Shown here: positions 1-8,415 of the stretch, one piece after another | Position numbering within the stretch: the first letter of the stretch is position 1 | How the letters are laid out: every line of letters begins with the position of its first letter | NCBI GenBank assembly: GCA_042217695.1 | Contig: JBDGSE010000009.1 | Span: 1-28,809, forward strand | Direction of reading: 5' to 3' | DNA from: Candidatus Nanohaloarchaea archaeon | GTDB lineage: Archaea > Nanohalarchaeota > Nanosalinia > Nanosalinales > Nanosalinaceae | Length of the DNA stretch: 28,809 bases | Notes under the pieces: generated by a model | Databases searched by the model: none | What the model saw: the letters and a program-made list of their open reading frames with translations, nothing else | Told to the model about the DNA's origin: nothing | Program-made: the position numbers and the translations under genes

Positions 1-38
1 ACGGTTGGAGTTTGGACTCTCGAGATTTAACAGTTGAT

Positions 39-56
39 GGAAAAAGGAGGGAGGGC
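39..56 (-). terminator. Putative pyrimidine/oligo-U terminator downstream of ftsZ
   Basis: Minus strand reads GCCCTCCCTCCTTTTTCC just after the ftsZ stop; archaeal intrinsic terminators are U-rich tracts. Confidence 0.45.
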
Positions 57-64
57 GAAATATC

Positions 65-1177
65 CTATATGAACTCTACTCCGAGCTCCTGCTCGATCTC
101 TTCTTCGTACTCGTCGCTGTGGGTCTTTTCTGGCCCGTATATCTGCGGAGACTCCACGCCTGTTACGATTATCATGGCCTGGAGACTTCCCTCCATGTCT
201 TCATGGACCTGTGCTCCCCAGATGATCTTTGCCTCGTCAGAGAGCTTTCCGCTTACAGTGTTGACGACTTCCTGGGCCTCGTTCAGCGACAGCGAGGTAC
301 CGCCCGTTACGTTCACCAGCGCGCCTTCTCCGCCCTGAATATCCACGTCAAGCAGCGGGTTGGAGAGCGCCTTCTGTACTGCTTCCGTAGCTCTTGAATC
401 GGTGTCGCTCTGACCCATTCCTATCATGGCGATTCCTCCTTCCCCCATCACCGCGCGGATATCCGCGAAGTCAAGGTTGACGAGTCCTGGCTTGGTGACG
501 AGTTCGGTCACACCTTTGACGGCGTTTACGAGTATCTCGTCGGCGATCTTGAACGCGGTGTTCAGCGAGACATCGGGAACGATCTCGAGAAGCTTGTCGT
601 TCGGTATAACGATCAGTGTGTCGACTGTTTCCTCCAGTCTTTCAAGGCCGTATTCTGCGTTGTTCTGTCTGGCCTGGCCCTCCATCTCGAAGGGAAGTGT
701 TACGATCCCGACTGTGAGGGCGCCCTCTTTTTTGGCCTGTTCTGCGATGACCGGCGCGGCCCCTGTACCTGTTCCGCCTCCGAGGCCGCAGGTCACGAAT
801 ACCATGTCGGCGCCGTCGACTGATTCCTTGACTTTCTGCTGGGATTCCTTGGCGGATTCCTCTCCGACCTTGGGGTCGGCTCCTGCGCCGAGTCCGCCTG
901 TGAGTTCTTTTCCGATTAAAACTTTCTTGTCTGCGTTGGCGTAGAGAAGGTCCTGTGCATCGGTGTTCATCGCGATAGTCTCGCATCCCTCGATGCCGAC
1001 TTCCACAAGTCTAGAAATAGTGTTGTTTCCTGCTCCTCCGGCGCCTATTACCTTGATCTCTGCCTTCCGTTGCTCTATGAGATCTTCCAGTTCGTCGTCG
1101 ATGTCATGAGTTTTCTGTTTTGTCTGTGGGACGCTCCCGCTGTCGTTCCGCCTAGCTTCTTCGATTTGATCTTCCAT
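65..1177 (-). CDS. ftsZ: Cell division protein FtsZ (archaeal FtsZ1-like)
   Basis: [23 protein letters not shown], the GGGTGTG tubulin signature and the NLDFAD T7 loop are all present. Confidence 0.98.
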   Translation of the reverse strand: MEDQIEEARRNDSGSVPQTKQKTHDIDDELEDLIEQRKAEIKVIGAGGAGNNTISRLVEVGIEGCETIAMNTDAQDLLYANADKKVLIGKELTGGLGAGADPKVGEESAKESQQKVKESVDGADMVFVTCGLGGGTGTGAAPVIAEQAKKEGALTVGIVTLPFEMEGQARQNNAEYGLERLEETVDTLIVIPNDKLLEIVPDVSLNTAFKIADEILVNAVKGVTELVTKPGLVNLDFADIRAVMGEGGIAMIGMGQSDTDSRATEAVQKALSNPLLDVDIQGGEGALVNVTGGTSLSLNEAQEVVNTVSGKLSDEAKIIWGAQVHEDMEGSLQAMIIVTGVESPQIYGPEKTHSDEYEEEIEQELGVEFI

Positions 1178-1199
1178 CGTTCGACCACTCGCTGTGTTA

Positions 1200-1230
1200 T
1201 GTATAAGAAGTAATCACCAACGTATATAAA
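1200..1230 (-). promoter_or_regulatory. Putative tandem TATA boxes for ftsZ
   Basis: Minus-strand TTTATATA (1230-1223) and CTTATACA (1207-1200, 22 nt before the ATG). Confidence 0.5.
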
Positions 1231-1318
1231 ATTGGCTGAAGAGCCGGCTTTGGGCTTTAAAAAGCGAGTACTGGGCGGATTCAGCCCCGCCAGCAAGCTG
1301 TTCGTTGACGTCAAACAC

Positions 1319-1972
1319 TCAGTCTTCGTCCCACTCGACTTCCTCGAAGCCGGTGTTCTCCAGGATCTCGTCTCGGACCGCGTCCTTGACCTCCTGGGGC
1401 AGCTGGTGCTCATGTCCCTCGTCGTGGTGGTGCCCGATAACGACTTTGTCTCCTTCAAACTCTATTTCGCCGTGGCCCAGCCGGTACTCGAATATCTTCT
1501 CCGCCTTTTCTTCATCGTCTTCAACCTTTTCTCTTACATGGACCCAGTAGTCAAGGTCTTTTCCTGCGAGAGGGTGGTTAAAGTCTATCTTTACGCGGCC
1601 GGAACCTTTCGAGACCACCTTTCCTCTGCGGCGGCCTATCATCACCTGTTCTCCGACCCTCACGTTCACATCCTGTCTCTGGAACTCTTTCTCGGGATAG
1701 GTCTCCACCATGTCTGAGTCTCTTTCGCCGTACCCCTTCTCCGCGGGAACCGTGAATTCTCGTTCCTCGTCGACTTCCATATCCTCGATTTCTTCCTCGA
1801 ATCCAGGAATCACGTATTCGTATCCCACGAGTACAGGTATGGGCCGGTACTCCTGGTCCTCGGAGTAAACGCCCTCTTCCTTTGCTTTTTCTTCGTCGGA
1901 CAGGTCAAAGATCTCGCCGTCCGTTCTACCAACGTAATCTACAAGTACAAGGTCTCCTTTTTCCATCGTCAC
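1319..1972 (-). CDS. slyD: FKBP-type peptidyl-prolyl cis-trans isomerase (long archaeal SlyD-like); start may be ATG at 1966
   Basis: GDLVLVDYVG, GEIFD, VIPGFEE, PAEKGYGERD and DFNHPLAGKDL motifs, plus an IF domain and a C-terminal extension. Confidence 0.93.
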   Translation of the reverse strand: MTMEKGDLVLVDYVGRTDGEIFDLSDEEKAKEEGVYSEDQEYRPIPVLVGYEYVIPGFEEEIEDMEVDEEREFTVPAEKGYGERDSDMVETYPEKEFQRQDVNVRVGEQVMIGRRRGKVVSKGSGRVKIDFNHPLAGKDLDYWVHVREKVEDDEEKAEKIFEYRLGHGEIEFEGDKVVIGHHHDEGHEHQLPQEVKDAVRDEILENTGFEEVEWDED

Positions 1973-2045
1973 ACCGAGGTCTTCGAGACAAACCGTTAAA
2001 AGTCAGGGTGATGAGGTTAAAAGATTTAGAACCTTAAACAGGGTT

Positions 2046-2309
2046 ATGACCTGGATAAACGAGCTGCCTTCCCGTCTGCGTTCATCTCTGAATTCGCTGC
2101 TGGGAAGGGTGGAACAGCACGAAACTGTGTACGAGAAGGCGGAGAACCCCTCTCTTGGCCAGGTCTGGGTTGCACTGGCCCATGTAAACGAGCGGATGGA
2201 CCGTATAGAAGACATGGTGAAGGCCCAGCGCCGGGCTCTCAAGGAGTCTGGTCTCGAGGTGGACAGGCACATGGATCGGGACCTTGAAGAAAGTCTTAAA
2301 CGCTACTAG
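2046..2309 (+). CDS. Hypothetical protein (87 aa, helical/coiled-coil)
   Basis: ATG 22 nt after TATA-like GTTAAAAG (2016-2023); fills the gap between neighbours; 4-bp convergent overlap with the next gene. Confidence 0.8.
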   Translation: MTWINELPSRLRSSLNSLLGRVEQHETVYEKAENPSLGQVWVALAHVNERMDRIEDMVKAQRRALKESGLEVDRHMDRDLEESLKRY

Positions 2310-2707
2310 TTTCTCCTCCAGGTACTTTCTATGTCCTCGAGCTCTTTCTCTGTGGGGCGTTCCCCGGTATCCCAATCAAGTTCGCCAGGATAGTCGATAA
2401 AATCGGGGCGGTATTCCCGCGCTATCCGGTCGTAGTCATGTCCGTAATCAGATTCAAGTATCTCTGCCATCCGGGTTGCATCGTCAGCCGCCTCCGGTTT
2501 TAGCACCGCGAAAACTTCGCCTTCTGCACTCAGGATTTTTACGGCGTCCCGGTCCCTGAGATAGAGAAGTTCGTAGCCCACGTCGTGGCCTATCGATGTT
2601 TCAAGCTCGGTCTTCGAGGCCTCGCTGAAAGGTTGTTCCTCTGAATAGTTCTCGCCGAGGTACGCCAGTACCGCGGCCATCACTCCGGGTTCGGTCATCT
2701 CGTCCAT
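2306..2707 (-). CDS. Hypothetical acidic protein, possible winged-helix-like fold
   Basis: ATG 1 nt after the leuS stop; acidic composition like neighbouring genes; helix-helix-beta-hairpin pattern judged by eye only. Confidence 0.75.
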   Translation of the reverse strand: MDEMTEPGVMAAVLAYLGENYSEEQPFSEASKTELETSIGHDVGYELLYLRDRDAVKILSAEGEVFAVLKPEAADDATRMAEILESDYGHDYDRIAREYRPDFIDYPGELDWDTGERPTEKELEDIESTWRRN

Positions 2708-2708
2708 C

Positions 2709-5558
2709 CTAGTCCATCACTATCGCTGGCCGTCCAGGTTCTGCGCGTGAGGCTTTTTCCTCATCGCTTTCCGATTCTGACTCGATCTTCACCCAGGCGT
2801 TGAACTCTTCCTCAAGGAAGTTGTGGTTCTCCTTCAGCATCTCTTCTTCCTCATCTCCCTCGAGAACTTCGGGGAGTTCTCCCGGGTCCTCCAGGTACTT
2901 CTGGAGGAGGTCCTTTATCATCTCGGCATGTTCCTCCCGGCCTTCCACGAGTCTGTCCATGGCTTCCCCGAATTCAGGTCTTTCCTCGACCACTTCTGAT
3001 AGTTCCTGGAAGAGTTCTCGTTTCCAGTCATCCGCGAGGATGATCTTTATCTCCTCGTAGTCGCCGACGATATCCTCGAGTTCCCGTATATCGTCTATGG
3101 TGTTGTCTACCACGCTGTAGGCGCGCTCTATCTCTTCGTCCCGGAGTTCTCCGTCTGCCTCAGGCCATTCGGCCTCCGCAACGAATCCTTCTCCCCCGAG
3201 CTTGTCCCAGAGTTCTTCGCAGACGTGCGGGGTAAAGGGCGCCATCATCTTCACCTGTGTCTCCACGAGCGCGTTCACCACGTCGGAGTTTAACTTCTCT
3301 GAACGCCGCCGGTACTTGTTTATCAGCGAGTTCAGCTCGAAGAACGCGTTCAGTCCTGCCTTGCGGGTCTGGAACTCTTCAAGGCCTTCGGTAGTCTCCG
3401 TTATGATCTTCTGTAAACGGGAGAGGGTGTACCGGTCGAAGGTGTTCGGCTCGCGTTTTTCTCCTCTGTCGTGGAGTTCAAGTGAACGCTCGTAGAACCT
3501 CTTTATCTTTTCCCGGTACTGCTTCACCTGGTCGCCGCGCCAGTCCCAGTCCTGCCATGGTTCCCTGGACGCGAATATGAAGAACCGGGTGGTGTCGGCG
3601 CCGTACTCCTTGATGGCCTCATCCGGGAGCTTGACGTGCCCCTTTGATGAGGACATCTTCTTTCCTTCAAGGAGCCCCATACCCCATGTGGCTATCCCCT
3701 GGGGCCATTTCGATTCATCGAACAGCGCGGTGTGGTGGAACACCATGAATGTAAGGTGGTTCTGTATCAGGTCGAACGCGGAGGTTCTCCAGTCAAGCGG
3801 GTACCAGTACTCGAAGCTTTCACGGGCCTCTTCGACTGTTTCCAGGGAGATCCCTGTGGATTCGGCGACTTCTTCAGCGCTCCCTTTACCGTTGAATACG
3901 TGGTCGAAGAACACTGGCTCGAGTTTCTCCGGGTCGACGTCCTCTATTATGTGGCGGATGGTGTAGAACGCCATGTAGATAGTGGAGTCCGAAAGCGGCT
4001 CCACGATGAACTCGTCGTCGAACGGCATCTCTGTTCCGAGCCCGAAGTTCCTTATAGCGGGCCAGGACTCCAGCCAGTCGACGGTATGGTTGTAGTCCTC
4101 TCTTTTCTCCGGCGGTATGATGTCCATCCTGTCAAGGTTTTTCTGGGCTCTGTCCTTCCATCCGGGGTCGCCGTACTCGAGGAACCAGGAGTCCTGCATC
4201 GAGACGATGACCTTTCCGCCGCATCGACAGACGACCTCTTCTGAAAAGTCGTACATCGAGCTGAAAACGCCCTCTTCCTCGAAGCTCTCTATCAGCGAGT
4301 CCTTGATGGCGTTGACCTTCTGGCCGGCGAACTCTCCGCAGGACGCGTTCATGGTTCCAGTGTGGAACTCTTTCTCGTAGATATCTTCCGTGGCTTTCTC
4401 GAGCGCTTCCTCGTCTTCCTGTGAATCCACGCCGTACTCTTCGCAGGCCTCTTTCGCGGGAACGCTACCGTAACCTTCGACGTTGATTATGGTTTTCGGT
4501 TCGATGTTCTTCACTTCCCGAGGCTTTATTCCGTACTCCTGGAGCATCTCCTCGTCCTCCTGGATGTCTTTCAGCGAGATCCAGTCGTAGGGTGCGTGAG
4601 CGGGGACCGACATCACCACTCCTGAACCAGAGTCCGGGTCGACGAAATCGGCGGGCAGTATTATGATGTGTTCTCCAGTGACAGGGTTTCTAACTTTCTG
4701 GCCTATGAACTCTTCTCCCGTGGCCTCTCCAACTACCCGGACGTCTTTGCCCTGGTGCTCAAGTTTCTCGGCGGCTTCATCGCTCACCACCCATCTCTCG
4801 TCCTCGATCTCCGCGATGACGTATTCTGCTTCCGGATTGATCAGCATATGCGTTACCCCGAACACGGTCTCTGGCCTCAACGTGGCGGTCGGGAAAACGT
4901 ACTCCTCACCTTCAAATTTTACCAGGGAGTAATCCTGTTTCTCTGCGTCCTCGCCTTCAAGCAGGTCGTGGGTGGTAACCGGGTTCTCGTCGTTGAGGCA
5001 GTATTTTGTCGGATGCTTACCCTTCTTAACGAGACCCTTGTCCCGGAGCCGCTTGTACTGCCACTCTATGAAACGGTTGTACTGCGAATCGTTCGTCGTG
5101 AACTCGCGCCTCCAGTCCACTGAGAATCCCAGCTTCTTCATGTTCGGCTTGTAGCTGTTCTCGATAAAGTACTCTGCGAAATCCATAGGTTCCTCCCAGG
5201 AGTCCATCGTCTCCTCGGGAACGTTGTAGACATCTCTCAAGACCTGTATCTGGTCCTCGTCTCCTTCCTTTACGCGGTTCAATGCGCCGATTATCGGGGT
5301 TCCGGTGACGTGCCAGGCCATCGGGAACAGGACGTTGTAACCCTGCATCCTCTTGAAACGTGCGAAAACATCCGGTAGCGTGTATGTTCCGACGTGTCCC
5401 AGGTGCATACCCCCGCTGGGATACGGGTAGGCAACGGTGATGTAGAACTTGTTTTCATCGTTCGGGTCCACCTGGAAGAGTTCTTCCTCCTCCCACCGGG
5501 ACTGCCATTTTTGTTCGATATCGTTCATCCTGGAGACAAAGTCTTCGTCTTCAGCCAT
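2709..5558 (-). CDS. leuS: Leucine--tRNA ligase (archaeal type)
   Basis: [12 protein letters not shown] (HIGH), ATLRPET and [15 protein letters not shown] (CP1 editing domain), KMSSS (KMSKS variant), C-terminal AEPGRPAI. Start placed at ATG 5558 behind SD GAGGTG (5570-5565). Confidence 0.97.
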   Translation of the reverse strand: MAEDEDFVSRMNDIEQKWQSRWEEEELFQVDPNDENKFYITVAYPYPSGGMHLGHVGTYTLPDVFARFKRMQGYNVLFPMAWHVTGTPIIGALNRVKEGDEDQIQVLRDVYNVPEETMDSWEEPMDFAEYFIENSYKPNMKKLGFSVDWRREFTTNDSQYNRFIEWQYKRLRDKGLVKKGKHPTKYCLNDENPVTTHDLLEGEDAEKQDYSLVKFEGEEYVFPTATLRPETVFGVTHMLINPEAEYVIAEIEDERWVVSDEAAEKLEHQGKDVRVVGEATGEEFIGQKVRNPVTGEHIIILPADFVDPDSGSGVVMSVPAHAPYDWISLKDIQEDEEMLQEYGIKPREVKNIEPKTIINVEGYGSVPAKEACEEYGVDSQEDEEALEKATEDIYEKEFHTGTMNASCGEFAGQKVNAIKDSLIESFEEEGVFSSMYDFSEEVVCRCGGKVIVSMQDSWFLEYGDPGWKDRAQKNLDRMDIIPPEKREDYNHTVDWLESWPAIRNFGLGTEMPFDDEFIVEPLSDSTIYMAFYTIRHIIEDVDPEKLEPVFFDHVFNGKGSAEEVAESTGISLETVEEARESFEYWYPLDWRTSAFDLIQNHLTFMVFHHTALFDESKWPQGIATWGMGLLEGKKMSSSKGHVKLPDEAIKEYGADTTRFFIFASREPWQDWDWRGDQVKQYREKIKRFYERSLELHDRGEKREPNTFDRYTLSRLQKIITETTEGLEEFQTRKAGLNAFFELNSLINKYRRRSEKLNSDVVNALVETQVKMMAPFTPHVCEELWDKLGGEGFVAEAEWPEADGELRDEEIERAYSVVDNTIDDIRELEDIVGDYEEIKIILADDWKRELFQELSEVVEERPEFGEAMDRLVEGREEHAEMIKDLLQKYLEDPGELPEVLEGDEEEEMLKENHNFLEEEFNAWVKIESESESDEEKASRAEPGRPAIVMD

Positions 5559-5605
5559 GGAAAACACCTCTGGAAGTTAATTTAATACGGTTAACTCTCG
5601 TAGAA

Positions 5606-5653
5606 CTAGAGCGACAGGTGCAGAACAGATCCACCCTTGATTCCTTCGGTCAT
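5606..5653 (-). CDS. Putative leader peptide (uORF) MTEGIKGGSVLHLSL upstream of leuS
   Basis: ATG ACC GAA GGA ATC AAG GGT GGA TCT GTT CTG CAC CTG TCG CTC TAG; 3 of the last 5 sense codons are Leu; BRE/TATA-like GCAAACTTAAAAG ends 19 nt upstream; stop lies 47 nt before the leuS ATG. Confidence 0.5.
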   Translation of the reverse strand: MTEGIKGGSVLHLSL

Positions 5654-5672
5654 ATAGTTTAATTGGTTCCTA

Positions 5673-5680
5673 CTTTTAAG
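5673..5680. promoter_or_regulatory. TATA-like element between divergent leuS leader and trmY
   Basis: CTTTTAAG is 21 nt before the trmY ATG; its reverse complement CTTAAAAG is 19 nt before the uORF ATG. Confidence 0.55.
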
Positions 5681-5701
5681 TTTGCACAGGTAGACTGAGG
5701 T

Positions 5702-6256
5702 ATGAAGACGTTCATCGTCCTGGGGCACGACGCGCCGGTGACACCTTTCTCGCTCGACAACCTGGCCGGCGAAGGCCGAATGGATCTGCTTTCAAGGTGT
5801 GTGAACGCCGCTTTCCTGAAATCGCACGGTATAAGGAAGGACACACGGCTTTTCCTGGTGCTCGACGATTATATCACGCTGAGGTTTGAGGGTTCCGAGC
5901 TCGGTGGTATTAACCCGGACGAGCGTTCGATAGCCGCTCTTATCTCAAAGGCGTTGAACCAGCATTACGAATCCGAGCAAAAGATATCCAACGGTTTCTA
6001 CTCCTCAATAAAAAGTTTTGGAGAGCTGCTCGATGGTTTTGACCGTGTGATAACGCTCCACGAGGATGGTGAAGACATCCAGGGTGCCGAAATCCCTGAC
6101 GAACCTGTCTTCGTTCTGTCCGACAACAGGGACTTTACCGCCGCGGAGAAGGAACTGCTTGAAGACTCGAGGAGTGTTTCGCTGGGGCCCGAAGTATTGC
6201 ACACCGATCACTCGATAACGGTGGCTCAGAACTTTCTTGACCGCGGTATGAAGTAA
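5702..6256 (+). CDS. trmY: tRNA (pseudouridine54-N1)-methyltransferase (SPOUT)
   Basis: GRMDLLSRCVNAAFLKSHGIRKD, PDERS, LHEDGEDI, FVLSD and SLGPEVLH motifs. Confidence 0.93.
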   Translation: MKTFIVLGHDAPVTPFSLDNLAGEGRMDLLSRCVNAAFLKSHGIRKDTRLFLVLDDYITLRFEGSELGGINPDERSIAALISKALNQHYESEQKISNGFYSSIKSFGELLDGFDRVITLHEDGEDIQGAEIPDEPVFVLSDNRDFTAAEKELLEDSRSVSLGPEVLHTDHSITVAQNFLDRGMK

Positions 6257-6287
6257 TTTAAAAGTCTGATATCAATCATAGTATACG

Positions 6288-7055
6288 ATGACCCGGCTAA
6301 TCTGTGTAAGTAGTGGAAAGGGAGGGGTCGGAAAAACCACCGTGACCGCAAACCTTGGAGCGGCTTTAACCCAGTTCGGTGCTGACACCGTTGTTCTCGA
6401 TGCAAACCTTACTAACCCGAACCTGGGATTCCATATCGGTATACCGCTCTACCCAAAGACCCTGCATGATGTGCTGAAGGGCGAGGCCCACATCACGGAA
6501 GCGATGTACATACACGACTCGGGGCTTCGCGTGGTACCGGCCGGGCTCTCGGTCGAGGACCTGAAGGATACCTCGCCGGAAAACCTCTCCGATGTTTTAC
6601 TCGACGCAGTGGGGGAACCCGACTTCGTTCTGGTCGACTCCGCCGCCGGACTTGGAAAAGAATCCGTCAACGCCATAGAGGCCTCGGACGAGGTTCTCGT
6701 GGTAACGAACCCGAACCTTCCTGCTGTAACTGATGCACTGAAGACTGTGAATATCGCCGAGGACGCAGGGACCGATGTCGCTGGCGTCGTGCTGAACATG
6801 GTGAAGGGCCATGACGCAGAACTGGACACGGACGAGGTCGAATCTATGATCGGCCATCCTGTGCTGATGGAGGTCCCCCACCACGAGAAAGTTGAGGAGG
6901 CTCTATCCGTCAAGAAACCGGTGGTTCACCATGCGCCCGACCACCACGTCTCTGAAAGGTTCAAGGCGGTCGCGGGAGAACTGGCGGGAGTCGACTACGA
7001 GCCGGATTTGAGCCAGCAAAACTTTATCTCGCGGATTCTCGACCGGTTCAGATAG
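6288..7055 (+). CDS. minD: MinD-family ATPase (paralog 1)
   Basis: Deviant Walker A GKGGVGKTT, TLHDVL, LVDSAAG, LVVTNP, GVVLN; C-terminal amphipathic FISRILDRFR; TATA TTTAAAAG at 6257-6264. Confidence 0.9.
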   Translation: MTRLICVSSGKGGVGKTTVTANLGAALTQFGADTVVLDANLTNPNLGFHIGIPLYPKTLHDVLKGEAHITEAMYIHDSGLRVVPAGLSVEDLKDTSPENLSDVLLDAVGEPDFVLVDSAAGLGKESVNAIEASDEVLVVTNPNLPAVTDALKTVNIAEDAGTDVAGVVLNMVKGHDAELDTDEVESMIGHPVLMEVPHHEKVEEALSVKKPVVHHAPDHHVSERFKAVAGELAGVDYEPDLSQQNFISRILDRFR

Positions 7056-7091
7056 ACAGGTTTTTAATTAAAGGTCCACAATTTTCAGGTG

Positions 7092-7853
7092 ATGACCCGA
7101 GTCATATCTGTCATTTCCGGCAAGGGAGGCGTCGGCAAGACCACTATAACAGCGAATATCGCCGTTTCGCTGGCCCGACAGGACCAGGACGTTCTCATAA
7201 TCGATGGAAACTTCTCTGGAGCCAACCTGGCCCAGCATTTCGGTATAGGGTTCTCCGACGTAACGCTTAACGATGTCCTTGACGGGGACGCCTACATAAC
7301 CCAGGCCGTTGCCAAGCACCCGGAAGGCGTGTCGGTTATTCCCGCCTCCGTGCTGGAGTTCTCCGCCAACGCCCAGAACCTGAAGCATTCGATAGTTGAC
7401 TTCCTTGGAGACAAGGACTTCGTGTTTATCGATGCTGCCGCGGGTATAGGAGACGAGGTAGAGGCCGCTATCGAGGCCTCCGACGAGGTTTTACTGGTCT
7501 CGGAGCCTGAACTACCGTCGCTGACAAACTGTCTGGGCGCCAAGAAACTCGCGGACCAGTTGAACCGCGACGTTCTAGGGCTGGTGGTCAACGGCGTGAG
7601 AGGAGAGCGTTCAGAGGTCTCGATGGACGATATCGAAGACCTCGTGGAGACAGACATCCTCGGGACCGTCCCGGACCATAAACATGTCAGAGAGTCCATC
7701 GCCCTTAGAGAACCGGTGGTTTCTTACAAGCCCGACTCCCGGGCGTCGATCGCTATAGAGGATATAGCGCACCGTTTGAGAGGAGAGGAACCACCCGAGC
7801 GCGGATTCGCGCAGAGACTGAAGACCGGGTTCCAGGAACTGAACCCTTTCTGA
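7092..7853 (+). CDS. minD: MinD-family ATPase (paralog 2)
   Basis: GKGGVGKTT, TLNDVL, FIDAAAG, GLVVN; C-terminal GFAQRLKTGF; clear paralog of the upstream gene. ATG 7092 (GTG 7089 is an alternative). Confidence 0.88.
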   Translation: MTRVISVISGKGGVGKTTITANIAVSLARQDQDVLIIDGNFSGANLAQHFGIGFSDVTLNDVLDGDAYITQAVAKHPEGVSVIPASVLEFSANAQNLKHSIVDFLGDKDFVFIDAAAGIGDEVEAAIEASDEVLLVSEPELPSLTNCLGAKKLADQLNRDVLGLVVNGVRGERSEVSMDDIEDLVETDILGTVPDHKHVRESIALREPVVSYKPDSRASIAIEDIAHRLRGEEPPERGFAQRLKTGFQELNPF

Positions 7854-7892
7854 AGCAGTAGTTATTAAACCCTGCGAGAGGATTTTCAATAC

Positions 7893-8411
7893 ATGACAGA
7901 CCTGAAGCCGTACGAGCTGTACCTCTGGAGCCCTAAACGCAAGGAGTACGAGAACACTGAGATACCGGATGACATCGACTGCATCTTCTGTGCGCAGGCC
8001 GAGGGCGATGACCGGGTAACCAAGATAACTGTTTTCGAGGACGACTTTCTGATGGTTGAACTGAACATCTTCCCGTACAATACAGGCCACCTGATGGTAG
8101 TTCCCAAGAAACACATCAACTCGATGACAGAACTGGAGGACGAGGAGCGCGACCGGCTTTTCAAGATGGTGTCCCGTGTGGAAAAATTACAGCGGGAGGT
8201 CCGTGAACCCGCGGGGATCGACGTCGGTATAAATCTCGGGAAAGCCGCCGGTGAATCCATAGACCATCTGCACGTCCAGCTTGTTCCGATATACGAGAAG
8301 GACCGCGGCTTCATGGAGACATCTCTCGATACAAAGGTCATGAAGGAATCGCTGGAAGATGTTCAGGAAGGCTATAAAGAACGTTCAGACATACTTGAAG
8401 GATACTGGTGA
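7893..8411 (+). CDS. HIT-superfamily nucleotide hydrolase/transferase with HxHxQ motif
   Basis: CIFC, LNIFPYNTGHLMVVP, GINLGKAAG, HLHVQLVP; TATA TTATTAAA at 7862-7869. Confidence 0.9.
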   Translation: MTDLKPYELYLWSPKRKEYENTEIPDDIDCIFCAQAEGDDRVTKITVFEDDFLMVELNIFPYNTGHLMVVPKKHINSMTELEDEERDRLFKMVSRVEKLQREVREPAGIDVGINLGKAAGESIDHLHVQLVPIYEKDRGFMETSLDTKVMKESLEDVQEGYKERSDILEGYW

Positions 8412-8415
8412 TTTC

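Noticed and set aside
1234..1293. Possible tRNA in the slyD-ftsZ spacer
   Set aside because: Too short, with no cloverleaf, TTCGA T-loop or D-arm.
3640..3665. KMSSS in place of KMSKS in LeuRS
   Set aside because: A tolerated variant in archaeal LeuRS and a Lys follows (KMSSSK); no sign of inactivation.
8359..8415. Upstream extension of pgm (and likewise pgi 15216-15275)
   Set aside because: Both extensions overlap the preceding genes; better starts exist with an SD or ATGA coupling.
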